DNA of 64,000 nucleotides from Mobula hypostoma (taxonomy: Eukaryota), in assembly GCF_963921235.1 (NCBI RefSeq), contig NC_086120.1:26598001-26662000 (forward strand), written 5' to 3'. The notes below the pieces were generated by a model that ran no database searches, was not told the origin of the DNA, and saw only the letters and a list, made by a program, of their open reading frames with translations. This document shows positions 46,571 to 60,396 of the stretch, piece after piece (the first letter of the stretch is position 1; each line of letters begins with the position of its first letter). The translations under genes were made by a program, and so were the position numbers.

Positions 46571-49500
46571 GTGAGAGTGGGACCTTCGGCCCGGGGTGGG
46601 TAGGGGGGTGACTGAATAGGCGGCAAGGGTGGGAGTTCAGCATGAACTTCAGGCCTCGCTGGGCGCGGGAAACTAGCACCGCCCCCTCTGCTCCCGCTTC
46701 CCACCCGTCTCCCTCCATTCACCGTCAAACCCGACAGCCGCAGTCTCCCCGCCTTCTCGCCCCCTTCTCCCCCGAAATCCATCGGGTCAATTCCCGCCTC
46801 TTCCCCCACTCCGAGGAGCCTCGTCTCTTCCCCACCCCCATCCCGTCGGCTTTCCTCATCAACCCCCCCCCCAACAACACCACCACCATGCCGTCGGCCC
46901 ATCCTCTGTCCGTTCGCACTCCCCTCATCCCCATCCTGTCGACCTCCGTCTCTTCTCCCACTCTTATCACGTCGGGCTCCGGCCTCTCTTCCCCCCCCGC
47001 ATCCCGTCAACTCCTTCGCCTCTCCGCCCCCCCCGTCCCCATCGAACCACAACTCTCCCCCCATTCCCATCCCCCAGCCCTGTCGTCGCCCCCACCCCGT
47101 CTCTCCCTCAACCTCGTGCCTGAACATCCCTGGTCTCCTCCCCGCGACCCTGTTGGCTCCCCGCATCTCCTTCCCACTTCCATCCCTTCGGCCCACACCT
47201 CTCATCTCTTGATCCTGTTGTCCCTGTTTTCTCTTCCTCCTTAGCTCTTTCTCCTCCTCAACATAACTTCAGCCTTTTCTTCTCTGCAGTGCCCTTTTCC
47301 TTGTGGTTAAACATCTGGGTTCTGCCTAGAATTCATGATATACTCGTTTTCTTAATTGAATCTGTTAATGAAATTTTTGCTTCTGAGAATCCTATTCTGT
47401 TAAGCACATGCTGACTGAAGCAAGAACATCATGCGATGTGAATTGCTGTCCTTTATTCAACTGATCATTGATTTTACAGCAATGATAAATCGATGATTAT
47501 CCGGTCAGTAAAGCTGTAGTGGAATTAGTGGGGTTGAGTTCTTGTTTCCTATTTAAAGTTTCACAGTTACTGAACTGAGTTAAAAGAACTTCTTACAGCT
47601 TGATTATGAATATCCTGTGTGTTAGATCTGATTTTAATGTCCACACCAACCAATTGCTGAGAATGAAATGAATGGTAGTATCTGAATGAGACCTGGTATA
47701 TTGTATGGCAGGATGTCATTTCATTCAATCCATAGTCCTGCTGTTGACTATAATAAATTGTTTGGAGCCAGTCTGATCTTGAAGATTCTATTTTAGATAT
47801 TCTGCTTGGTGGTGACTTGCTCTTGAACCTAGTACAGAGTTGCTTTCCTCTCAGAAATGAAAGAATAAGTTTAGGATGTTATTTTAGGTATTAGCAGTTT
47901 TAGTGGGAGGCTGAGTGGGGAACATTGAATATTTTGGACGCCTTGGTCTTGGAATTAATCAAAGCAATAATGACAGATTTTATTTATGCTTTCTCTTTCT
48001 GCTATCTGTCTTGTGACTTTATTGCTGCAGCTTTAAGTGGATAAAGGCTTGTGTTCTTACCTTCCCTAACGTAGGAATTTCTCATCACTCACTGTGTCAT
48101 CTGCACTGATCTAAGCCCATTTATTTAAGAAATTGTACTGGTTGGGTAACAGTTTCTGGTACAGTTGGACAAAATTTGTTTATAAATTAGCTGTCGTATT
48201 CCTTAATGTATTTAAGATTAGTAATGCTGCAGTTTTATTAATATACCCAAGTTCATTTGTTTTGTGAAGTGTCGTATTACGTAGACAATCATGGTCTTTC
48301 CATGACCATGGTTGTTTTTGGCAAGGTTTTCTACAGACGTAGTTTGCCATTGCTCCTTCTGGGCAGTGTCTTTACAAATTGGGTGACCCCAGCCATTATC
48401 AATGCTCTGCAGAGATTGTCTGCCTGATGTCAGTGGTCACATAACCAGAACTTGCCAGCTGCTCATATGGCCACCCACCACCCGGTCCATGGTGTCATGT
48501 GACCTTGATTGGGTGGGGGGTGAGGTTGCTAAACAGGTACGACACCTTGCCCAAGGATGACCTGCAAGCTAGCAGGGGGAAGGAGGCCTCACACCTCTAT
48601 TACGCGAGACATATCTCTACTCTGCTATCGATACCTGAGTATCGTATATATAAATACCTGTTTGAGTTGATCACCAATAGTGTTTGTACTAATAGTGACA
48701 ATTTCTTCTCATTTACAATCACCTAATGTCATAGAAAAATAATGCCATACATTTCATTAGTTCAATTTGTGTAAATTCATTTGTTTCTTAATAAGTTAAA
48801 TATGTTCGATATGCAGAGTTTTAAAAACAAATTACCTTCGGCTGTGAGAGGGAACAGGATTTGAAGAGGCTTCCCGAGGCAGCACATTTGCACCTGATGA
48901 GACTTGGTGGTTTAGTTCCTTAGTCTGATCTGGGTGAAATGAATCTCCAAATTGCTTAAATAAATTTGCAAAACTCGAGCACGTAAATGGTTTTAGGTGT
49001 GATGCTGCTTATAATCCGCAGTCAGTTTACACTCGTACTGGTAGAAACCTCACGCTGTCACAGACACCAAATACAGAGGCAAACTGTAAAACAAATGTCG
49101 TAAATGTATTTTTTATGGAAAGGTTGCTTCACAAATAGTTCATGATTGTGGAGTGAATTTGAGTTTAATTTGTCGGTATTTTTGGTTGTCTGCATGAACT
49201 CATTGTGGGGAAGTATGAGGTGGTGACATTTGGATGGACCAGTGTGGAAGGTCAGTATGCAATTAAACAAGACACCTTTGGAAAGTAGCTATGAAGAGAC
49301 ACACAAACATGGTTATCCATGCTGATTTGCAGTTAAAGAGAGAGTGATAAGGGACTGGGCTGCAACAGGACAAAAGGTTGGGTGGATCTTAAGGATGGGA
49401 GAGTGTATCACCTGTTTCAAGAAGTCATTGGGGAAATTTATTGCGTGGTCCTCCGGTCACAACCGATAGGCAGGCTGCAGGATAGAAAGATGCTCCCCAC

Positions 49501-49909
49501 TGCAAGATTATCTGCTCTGAGCTACTTAATCTCTGGAATACAAAAGGAAATTATGATTCAGTGTCTTGGTTAGGCTCCATCTAGAGCAGACAGGGAGCAT
49601 TTCTTAACAGAATGTGCCGTCTTGCAGAAACCTCTTTTGACGTTTATCTATATTTAGCCGCAGTCGTCGTTTAAACTAACTATAATTCTCAATATGGAGA
49701 CATGTTCAAATTTTAAAATCATATTCATGACTTCTAAGACTAGTGAGTTTTATAAATCATTCTGCGAACTACTGTTGTTTTCCACCTTTTGTTTCTCTTT
49801 CTTTCATCACCCTAAATATTGTTTATTTTTGTCTTTAGAAGCCATTCTGCTACCTGTCCTCTGACTCTGGACATTAACTATTGTATTTTATATGATCAAA
49901 GGTCTTTCC

Positions 49910-50150
49910 ATATAACCATATAACAATTACAGCACGAAAACAGGTCATCTCGGCCCTTCTAGTCCATGCCGAACTCTTACTCTCACCTAGTCCCACCGAC
50001 CTGCACTCAGCCCATAACCCTCCATTCCTTTCCTGTCCATATATCTGTCCAATTTAACTTTAAATGACAACATCGAACCTGCCTCAACCACTTCTGCTAG
50101 AAGCTCGTTCCACACAGTTACCACTCTCTGAGTAAAGAAGTTCCCCCTCA
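49910..50150 (-). mobile_element. Young CR1 3' end
   Basis: MRGNFFTQRVV...AGRWD*, same subfamily as 13430-13880. Confidence 0.85.
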
Positions 50151-52414
50151 TGGAAGACTTCCATGAGATTGGCCAAACGTGACCTTTACTTTTTGAAACC
50201 ATATTGTATTTCTCACAGAATTGCCATTGATTGGCCACCCTAATTATTTAAAGGGGGTGTTAGTGAGTTGGTTTGAGTCGCTCGAGTCACAGTGTTCTAT
50301 TTGGACCAAATTGCATTCACCTTTTCTTAGCTCTGATGAAGGATCTTCAACCCAAAACATTAACTGAGTTTTCTTTCCACTGATGCTGCTTAACTGGCTG
50401 GGCTGTCCCAGCATTTCTGTAATTGAGTCATTGGAACCGGTGTGGTGTGGCTGTTCTACAGAGCACTTGCCTTCAAAAACCAAGGGTTTTGACTTTGATC
50501 ATGGAATGGTTTGGAGAGCTACTGTCTAAGAAATGTTGGGAAATTGCTGTGGCACATCTTGGATACTTGGATACATGGATACTTCAGCCATTATTACAGT
50601 AATGGCCCAGTGTTAAGCAGAACGGTCTGTAAATCGATGGACTCTAGGTATAATTTTAGTTTCCTACAAGTCTTCACACTAATCTTGGAAGTGCTTGTAA
50701 ATGTGGAATCTTAGATTACGTAAAAATCCTTGGCTACCACAAGAGCAATGTCTCTCAAACATTGGGCTGCCCATGGCTGTAAGTGGGAGCATCTGAGGCT
50801 GGAAAACGGTGTTGGGATTTCGTGCCGACTCTGTATTGTACGTGGGAAATTCTTCCTCTTTGTGTGGATCTCCAGTCTTAGAAATCCGACTTGTCCAAAT
50901 CCAGATGAAGTGCAAAGTGGGTGAGACTCTGGGCCAATAATGAGGTGTTCATCTACAGAGCAGGTTTTCAATAAAAGCTAACCTTGAGTGTGAATTAAAA
51001 ATAAGCTACAATTTAAGACACTGTCCTTGATTAAAAGCTCTTTCTGGAAATCAAAATGCAGGAGGTGCAGATGCATTTATCATCTCTACTGTGCAATATT
51101 TAACAGGGTTGAATCAGTATATATGCCTGTATACTGATGGCAGTATAGGTGGAGATGGCTCTTTTGTTTAGAAGTGCAAGTATGTTACTTTAATATTTGG
51201 TTGCAGTACTGATGAGGCCATGGAGTTAAGTACTGATATGTTGGGATGGACGACTGGTCGGATTAAGTCTGTTGCTGTATAGTCATTCCTGCTTTCCTCT
51301 TCCTCTCCTTGCTTCGTGTTCTCTCTTCAACTCTGTTGTCTGAATGTTGACCCAGTTTATATCTAACCTTTCCAATGTAAAGTCATCATCTTTCCGTGAT
51401 GCTGTCTAACCTGCTGAGCACCAGAACACTCCTTACACTATTGATAGAATTTTGTAATGTCAATTTATCAAAAGATAGAGTAAAAGCAGGTGTGCTGAGC
51501 TGTAGAGGGACTGAATGCTTCCTCTGTAAATTATCCTATGTACAGAATGGCTGTCACATGATTTCCTTTAGTGCAGGATTAGGTGCTTTCTTTCTCTTGA
51601 TCTCAGATGTTTTACGGGATGTCTTCCTCAAACGCTATCTTGCTCCACCCCTGCATGCCCTCTGCCGCCCAGCTTCTTGCTGCCCTTGGTGTGGCTAGGG
51701 ATGTTCCCCACAGAGTGGGGAAGTTTCAGGTCTGATTGCTAAATTGGAACCGAGCCTGGACATTTGATTGACTGCGCACTTGGTGTCAGCGCTGAACTCT
51801 CAGGGATTATCGTGATACGTATTTGCTGAGGATTGCACATTATTTCCTCTCTGGTAACTAGGCAGACAATGCCTGGAAGCAGTATGAGCCCGACAACATT
51901 TAGGATTGGGCTAAAAACTGGCAGGTGACATTGATGCCATAGCACATGTGGTAAAAAGTAATCAAATCTAACAAGACAATATTAAAATGACCTCCACAAG
52001 GATTCAAAGTCATGGCCAAAACTAAATCCCCCACCATTAATATTCCAGCATAATGGTTGCGATCACCTTTGAACTGAAATGTTATCGGACCAGCCCGGCA
52101 AACTCTGGCTCCAAATACAGGTCAAAAGCTCTATATACTGTACCACATGATTCTGCTTACTTTCCAGATCTTTGTGTTAGCGACAAGGGAGTAGGACACG
52201 TAAGAATGCTCTCCAAGTTACTGGATGCATGCAGCGTCAACACTGAAGATGCCCATCACTGTCGAGGATAAACCAGCCCATTTCACTTGTACCTCCATCA
52301 TCCTGAGCATTCACTTCCTTTAACAATGTATACAGGAGCTTCACTGTGTACAGTGTACTAAACACACTGCAGCTATTTGATAAAGCTGCTTTGACAGTTC
52401 CTTCATCATCTATC

Positions 52415-52745
52415 TTACTTACTGCCCTTGACACCACTGGCATTTAGGGCAGCAGTGAAGATCCTCCATTTCTGTCTATCTATATGGTCGCACACAGGTA
52501 TAGTAGGATTCTTCATTGCTGTTTCTATAATTTTTTTTACCTTAAGGGTTGTTAGCCCTGAGCTGAACCCCCGAAACTGGAGGACAGGTGAACCACTGTT
52601 AGTTTGGCCTCTACCCTTTGACCTGTTTGGCATGGCCAAAGCACAAGGCCCTGACTCCAGCCAACATAGTTCTCTGGGTTCATTGAGGCACGCAAGCCTC
52701 CAAACCCAACGGTGGGGTTGTGATCCCCTTGGAGGACCTTAGTCA
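52415..52745 (-). mobile_element. Short retroposon, same family as 24519-24905
   Basis: Shared ctaccctttgacctgtttgg...gccctgactccagccaacatag. Confidence 0.6.
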
Positions 52746-52985
52746 TCACCAGGTGAAAATCATGAAACTCCCACTGTAAGAGCAATATGCAAGTTCATTC
52801 ACTTCGAAGCCACCAGCTTCTTGAGCCATTAGTAATGGACGTTTAACAACGCTCTTGTTAAGTGCCCACATCCGTGAGAAAAAGAGCAAATAAACTGGTA
52901 CTGGGTAACATCTATTTTCACCCCTTTCAGTTTGTCTCAAAGTGTTTAAAATTTATTCTTTGAAGTATAGTTGTTATTTTATGTA

Positions 52986-53138
52986 CAGGTCGACCTTCAC
53001 TAATCCGGCACCATTGGGACCTGAGGAGTGCCGGACTAGTGAAAATGCCGAATTACAGAAGGATCACATTAAGCATAATCAGTGCCGGATTATCGAAGGA
53101 ACCGGATTACAGGTAGTCAGATTAGTGAAGGTCGACTG
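52986..53138. mobile_element. Tc1/mariner (Tigger-type) MITE, 153 bp
   Basis: TIRs cag(g)tcgaccttcactaatc / gattagtgaaggtcgactg, with TA TSD on both sides. Confidence 0.85.
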
Positions 53139-53424
53139 TAATAGCAAAGCCATTAGCACAGAAAATTCTCAAATCAGCGACAGGAAAATAACCTGTTTAA
53201 AAATGTTATTTATTTGAATATTGGCTGACATGCTGTGGGGTAAAACCTTGTTCTTCAAAATGGTGCCGTGGAGCTCTTTGCATCCACTGTTTGAAAGGTA
53301 GTATCACTGACAATGGATGTCTCCTCAGAATTGTCAACCCGGATGGTGTGCTCAGGTCTGTGAAGTGGGAAAAGAACTTGGCTGTCTAGCTCAGAGGGTA
53401 GAGCATTATTACCTGCTGATTAAG

Positions 53425-54860
53425 GACTGTAAAATTGCAGATGTAACTCCACTCTTTAAGAAGTGAGAGAGTGAGAAAAAAGGAGATTATAGGTCAGTTA
53501 GCCTGACTTCAACAGTTGGGAAGACATTGGAGTCCATTATTAAGGATGAGGTTTCGGGGTCCTTGGAGAAGCATGTTAAAGTAGGCCAAAGTTAGATAGT
53601 TTCCTTAAGGAGAAATCTTGCTTGACAAATCTGTTGAAATTCTTTGAGGAAATAACAGGCAGGATAGACAAAGGAGAGTCAGTGGAAGTTGTTTACTTGG
53701 ATTTTCAGAAGGTCTTTGTCAAGGTGCAGCACATAAAGCTTCTCAACAAGATAAGAGCCCATGGTATTAGGAAAGATATTAGCATGGTTAGAGGATTGGC
53801 TGACTGGCAGGAGGCAAAGAATTGGAATAAAGGGGCCCTGTTCTGGTTGGCTGCTGGCGACAAGTGGTTTTCTGCAGGAGTTGATAATTGGGACCACTTC
53901 TTTTCACTTTATATGTCAATGATTTGGGTGATGGAATGGATGATTTTGCGGCCAAGTTTGCAGATGATACAAAGATAGGCGGAGGGGCAGGTGGTGTTGA
54001 GTAAACAGAGGTTTTAGACGGACTATGAGAATGGGCAAGGAAGTAGGCAGATGGAATACAGTGTCAGGAAGTGTGTGGTCATGCACTTTGGGGGAAGGAA
54101 TAAAGGCCTAGATTATTTTCTAAAGGAGGAGAAAATTTCAAAATCAGAAGTGCAAAGGGATTTGGGAGTCATTGTGCAGGGTTCCCGAAAGATTAACTTG
54201 CAGGTCGAGTCAGTGGTAAGGAAGGCCAATGCAATGTTAGCATTTATTTTGAGAGAACTAGAATATAAGAACAAGGGTGTGATGTTGAGGCTTTGTAAGG
54301 CGTTGGTCAGACCACACTTGGAATTTTGTGAGTAGTTTTGGGCCCCTTATCTGAGAAAAGTTGTGCTGGCATTGAAGCGGGTCCATAGTGGTTCACAAGA
54401 GTGATTCAGGGAATAAAGGAGTTAACATATGAGGAGTGCTTAATGGGTCTGGGCCTGTACTCACTGGAGTTCAGAGGAACGAGGGTGGGGGTGGGGAATC
54501 TCATTCAAACTTGTCGAATATTGAAAGGCCTGGATAGAGTGGATGTGGAGAGTATGTTTCTTATAGTGGATGAATCGAGGACCAGAGGGCATACCCTCAG
54601 AAGTAAAAGGATGTCCTTTCAGAACATTTTCTTTAGGCAGAAGGTGGTGGGTCTGTGGCATTCATTCTCACAAAAGGCTGTGGAGGCCAAGTCATTGGGT
54701 GTACTTAAAGAGGAGTTTTTAAGGTTCTTGGTTTGTTAGGGTGTCACAGTTATGAAGAGAATGGAGTTGAGAGGGATAATAAATCAGACATGATGGAATG
54801 GCAGAGCCAGACTTGATGAGCTGAATGACATAATTCTGCTCCTAATTCTTATGGTCTTAC
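53425..54860 (+). mobile_element. CR1 LINE RT and 3'UTR, decayed
   Basis: TNLLKFFEEITGRIDKGESVEVVYLDFQK, KFADDTK and LVRPHLEFC. Confidence 0.88.
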
Positions 54861-55023
54861 TATATTCCTAGTGGAAAAAAGCTGAAAACATCCTAAAGAT
54901 GTGGTATCATGACAGCAGCCTTTACTCCCCTTAACCCTAACCTTTACTCCCTATTATTCTCCTTTTCCTCCCCATCACTCTTTGAATCAAAGGCTTATTT
55001 TTTTTTAATCCTTTTGCTACCAG

Positions 55024-55200
55024 ATGCCTGGGGTGACCCAAGGCTTAGACTTGGAACCTGCACCGTCCCAGGTACATCGTCGCGGAGGGGAGACTATGGC
55101 CAAGATTCAGGCCCACCTTCAGCAGATGAACCATCAGATCCAGGCTCAGACTTTTGCAGTGCAGAAACAGACGCAGCAACAACAGTTCCAGAGGCTCAAG
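55024..55200 (+). CDS. SIN3B: SIN3 corepressor, first coding exon (ATG 55024 or stronger ATG 55096)
   Basis: Long polypyrimidine tract plus CAG. MAKIQAHLQQ...QQQFQRLK leads into PAH1. Donor AAG|GTAAGA. Confidence 0.85.
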
Positions 55201-55603
55201 GTAAGACTGATTCAAGGAACCATCTGTACACCTAACGTGATTTTGACAGAAGAGTCTCAGCCCGAAACACCGACTCTCTGTTCATTTCCGTAGATGCTGC
55301 CTGACCTGCCGAGTTCCTCCAGCATTTTGTGTATGTTGCTTTAGGTTGTATTCCAGCTGTCATTTTGAAGACTTTTGCTGCAAAATGAGCTTTGGCTCTG
55401 AACAAGCTGTACCAGTGCATTTACATCTCACCTCGAGATGTGAATAATCGCTTGCATTTTTTTTTGTTCACAAAAAGTTGGACAAATTTAACCTGGCTAA
55501 TTATCAAATCTTAATAATCAGCAAAATGATGAAAGATGTTGTTGACAGCTCTAACAAAGTATAAAGTGAATTTATTATCAAAGTACACATTTGTCACCAT
55601 ATA

Positions 55604-56511
55604 CAGCCGGCCCTCCTTATCCGCAAGGGATTGGTTCCGGGACCCCTCGCGGATACCAAAAAACGCGGATGCTCAAGTCCCTTATTCAACCTGTTTAAAT
55701 GCGGTGGACCTTAGGACCCAGCGGAACCCCAGAACTTATTTAACCTGTCTCAGTGCCGTGGACATTAGGACCCGGCGGAGGAGCTCTGAATCCGCAGTGT
55801 TTCTGTTCTCGAAAATAATCACGATGCAATTTAAAATAAAGTGAAAATAATAAAGCGATCAGAAAGAGGTGAAACACCATCGGCCATTGGAAAGTCGGTC
55901 AATGATCGGAACAATTTTAAAGGATAAAGTGAGAAAGGGCCCTGCCCCGATGAAAGCTACAATTATTACTAAGCAACGCAGTGGTTTAATTATTGGGTTT
56001 TGGAGTTTTGGGTTTTTGATCCTTCACATCAACCTGGCAGGGATGGAGAGCGTGCCCGGGAGCGGTGTGTCACTGGATCGAACTCGGGAACTTCTGTTCT
56101 CGACCCGGCACTGAAACATACGTTTCTTAAGTGTTTTATATGCATAGAAAGGTAAAATATATACTATATACTAAGACAAACGTTTGACTAGCTGATGCTA
56201 AATAATATCGGATGTACCTGTTCTGACTTACTTAGTAAGAGAACTTCGTTTTTTTTTCGATCCCGATCCACGNNNNNNNNNNNNNNNNNNNNNNNNNNNN
56301 NNNNNNNNNNNNNNNNNNNNNNNNNNNNNNNNNNNNNNNNNNNNNNNNNNNNNNNNNNNNNNNNNNNNNNNNNNNNNNNNNNNNNNNNNNNNNNNNNNNN
56401 NNNNNNNNNNNNGCTCGAACAACAAGTGCTGGAAGAACACTTCCGGGTTTTCTCGATTTGCGGTTGGTTAAATTCGCGCATGCAGAACTCGCGGATAAGG
56501 AGGGCCAACTG
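55604..56511 (+). mobile_element. Tigger/pogo-like DNA transposon derivative spanning the gap
   Basis: 21-bp TIRs cagccggccctccttatccgc / gcggataaggagggccaactg and TA TSD. Transposase N-terminal remnant GTILKDK...PMKATIITKQRSGLI. Confidence 0.8.
56273..56412. other. Assembly gap (140 N)
   Basis: Run of n. Confidence 1.
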
Positions 56512-59229
56512 TACAACCCTGAGATTCAATTTCTTGCGGGCATTCACAGTAAATAGAAGCAACACAGTAGACTCAGTGAAATACTGCACCCAACAGGATG
56601 GTCAAGCAACCACTCTGTGCAAAAGATGAAAAACTCTGCAAACAAGCAGGGCTCACTTGACAGTATCGTGCTCACTGATGCCCAATTCCCCCAGACCATG
56701 GTTCCAGACCTCACTGATACGAATGTGGACCAAAGAACTGAATTCTGGGCCTGGGCATTTAGGAACCCTGGTAAAACTGTGAAGTCTGGGGTCATCAAAG
56801 AGAAATACTTCACCTTGCAGAAAGAAAGGCATCTGTGTTTGTTAGAGGTCAATCACTGAAAACTCAGGACATTTTTGGGAGTTTGTCCTTGGCCCAACTC
56901 TCTTCTGCACCTTCACTGGTGCATTCCTTCCAGTACGGAGTCAGAAAAGGAATGTTCTTTAATGATTTCACAATGTTCAGTTCCATTCACAACTTCTTAG
57001 CAAGTGAACCAGTCCATACTAGAGGACATTCAGACTTGGGCTAAAAAGTGGCAAGTGGCATTTGCACCATAAAAGTGGTGTGCATTGCCCACTCCAATAA
57101 GAAAGGGTGTCTAACCACACCGGCCCTTGAAATTTATAGAGCAGAGAATAGTACTTCACAGGGAGGAGTGGGGGATTATGATTGACTTGTACACTGTATG
57201 GCTCAGGTTTTTGCCAGAGATTGTGTGCAATAGCCCCAGGATGTGTTGCTTACAGCAATTGACCCTTAGGAAATTACAGCTCAAGCATCTTTTGGTATTC
57301 ATTGTCACAACTAAGACTGAGCTTTAAAATTTCTGTGCTCCGTACAACATCTGGGCAATATGTCACATTCTCATGTTCAAACCATTAAAGATTTTAATTG
57401 GGTTGAGTTGTTCTCGATTTTGGCAATTTATTGGCAAATGTTTTGTCACCATGCGAGGAGACATCTTCAGTGCACTATTGTGCTTCCTCCAAATGCTTGG
57501 CCTTTATATATTTTTCAGTCAGCTGATCAGACGTCATTTCGGAAACTCAATTGTGATGTGGGGACGAAATCTTGTTGCTGATTGGCTGTGCGTTGAACTT
57601 CTTGCAAATTATTTCAGCTGAAGTTTTTGCTAGCCTTTGTCCTCCTCCACATCCTCTAACTTATTTTAGCTGATAATATGACTGAAGTTGGGTCAGGTGT
57701 ATCAGGATGGGAATCGCATGGTCAGGGCAGCCAAACTGAAGGAAAGACATGCTTGAATGGTTCAAATTAAATTTATTATCTAAGTACACACATGTCAACC
57801 CTGAGATGCATTTTCTTGCAGACTTTCTCAATAAATCTGTAATAGAATTATATCCATAATAGGATCCATGAAAGCTTGCACCAAGTTGAACATTCAACCA
57901 GTGTGCAAGCTTTGCAAGTACAAAAAAGAAAGAATTAATAATAAGCTGAGATGAAGGGTCCCTGAAAGTGAGTCCATACCTCAGACTGCTGTAGTGAGGG
58001 GTTAAAGATCTCAGTGAACACTCTAGCCAGTTGACTGGCACAGGTCTTTAGTGTAGGAGGCCGGATGCTTTTTGTGGGTTCACCCTCCTGAAGGCTGCAC
58101 GCATGTCGGCCTCAGGGACTGAAATCTCAGCATCATCGGGGGGCTGTGGGTTGTGGTTGCCTTGCCTTCTAGGTAAGCATTGATCTACCTTTGTCACTAT
58201 CTATTAATATTACTGTAAGCTGAATATTTCTCTGACAGGGTCATGTCCCTTGGGGGAGTTGGTGAGTAATATGCTGAGCGCTAGCATAAGTACAGAGGGG
58301 CCAATGTACAATATGCAAGTGCATTTCTTGCTGAAAGGGGCCTTACTGCTATTGATAGAGCAAAAGTTTAACCAGGACTATGCTTCTAAGTCTGTTCTCA
58401 GAAGATCCCTGCAGATAACATTTCATATACCTTGTCCACACAGGATTTGAAAAATTTGCATCACAGGATTGGAGTATATTTAAATGGAATGCATGCAATC
58501 GTGAACGTACATGTCTACCCACGTTTGCGTACATATTCATTTGTGAATGCATTTGGGTGTGAGGTGTGTTTAGGTTTTTAACTTTTTGCCATGCTGCAGG
58601 TTTCATGTGACCATGATTGGTAAGAAAAGACTGCCTAATTGTTTTCAAGTTATGGTTATGGTACCGACAGCATCATGACTTGTATAGCCTTAGTTGACTG
58701 AATAGTTATGTAATCTTGTAGGATCCTTAAATTGTCAGTGTAACTGGACCAAAAAGTCCAGGCCAATTAGAGGGCAAATTTTGCACAGTTGTTCTCTCAC
58801 CTCCTTGAGCTAAGATGACATCTAAACAAGCCCTTATTTCTTTTTTAAACATTTAAAATATTTTATCATTAATTTAATAATGTCTTTTTTTCCCAGCAGC
58901 AAACCTTCTGTGTGAATTCAATCTGCATTTACTGTAGAACCATGATCCACAGGAAGTTACAATATCCAGTGAAACCCTGTCCCTGTGTGACACAAATTGA
59001 AATAATCTGTCATCACCAATAGCTTGCCCAGTGTCTGCTTATTCCTACAGTATTCGGACCAGGTGTCTCATTGTAATATTTAAAGCTCAGTTTTAGCCAT
59101 TCTGTGATGGGTTGCAATTTCTAAATGTGACATTAGCAAGGGGTTTGAACAAGCAGAAAATGTTGTGCTCTGTTTTCTACAGAATAGTCCTGTTAATACA
59201 ACCTCATACGTTATTAGTGTGCTTTTCAG

Positions 59230-59336
59230 GTGGAAGATGCCTTGTCATACCTGGACCAGGTTAAGATGCAGTTCGGGAACAACCCGGCCGTTTACAATGA
59301 GTTCCTTGACATCATGAAGGAATTTAAATCTCAAAG
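59230..59336 (+). CDS. SIN3B: SIN3B exon (PAH1 first half)
   Basis: [35 protein letters not shown]; 107 nt; CAG/GTATGC. Confidence 0.93.
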
Positions 59337-60067
59337 GTATGCAGGCAACCTCAGAGCATTGCCAGCTCAAACTGATGGGCACAGTTTGAGCCACTGCTGT
59401 CTCACCTGCTCATTGTTCAACTCATTCATTTAATGTGCTGGGAATTCAGGAGATTTGAAAAAGTTACTGAGTAACAGTGTTGGCTCAATTATTAAGTCCT
59501 TTTATGATGTGTGCTATAACACAAATATGATGAATGATGTTTTTAATACAAGGGATATAGTCTTAAAATTTGAGCTAGGCTGTTCCAGTTGATGTTGGGA
59601 AGAAAAAAAGGGTGTGGAATCGAGGGTCTGGCCCCACAGAAAGCTGTGTGTTCTGGAGATCAATTGCAGCTTTCAGAACTGGTGCTGGCAGCTTCTTTTA
59701 GAATTGGGTTATCGAGAGGTATAGAATGAAAGCTACGAGAAGGAAGGAAGATAATGATCAGTTAGAAGCCACTTGAGTTATGAAACTGGGTTAAGAGACC
59801 AAAACACTGCCACTTGCTGCTGTATTGCAAATGCGGTCATTTCTTATCTTCCTAATTCCCACAGTACCATGGCTCTATTTCTCTCTCCAGTCTGGCTTGC
59901 AGTTTGATTGAATAGATTGGAGTTGAACCCCAAGTATTTAGTGTCGGGGAACAAAATCAATCATTTTGGAAAACTGATGGAGTTATTGCACTTGTACTGT
60001 GAGGGGGTTTGTGATACATTAACATGTGAGTTTTTCATTACCAAATATTTCTTGTTCTGGATTGCAG

Positions 60068-60227
60068 CATCGACACGCCTGGTGTAATTAACAGGGTTTC
60101 CCGGCTCTTCCAAGGACATCCCGACCTAATTCTAGGATTCAATGCCTTCCTGCCACCTGGATATAGAATAGAGATTCAGAAGAACAAGGCAGTGAGTGTG
60201 CATGGACCCACCCCAGCCGAGACTCAG
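60068..60227 (+). CDS. SIN3B: SIN3B exon (PAH1 second half)
   Basis: (S)[37 protein letters not shown]...ETQ; phases are consistent; CAG|GTGTGT. Confidence 0.92.
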
Positions 60228-60396
60228 GTGTGTGCATTGGTCATTGCCTGTGGTCCCCAGCAGAGCTGTCTGTGTCCACAGTAACATTTTGTAATTAAAT
60301 CAGTTAAATAGAGGTAGGGGTTGGAACCAGAGGCTTTTGCTGTTTGCGTTTTCATTGTTGGCCTCTTGTGGCTGCTTCTGCCGAAAAGGTTGTAAT

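Noticed and set aside
46242-47244. Long ORFs of 158-240 aa in the SIN3B CpG island
   Set aside because: Low-complexity G/P/R products of stop-poor GC-rich DNA with no recognisable motifs.
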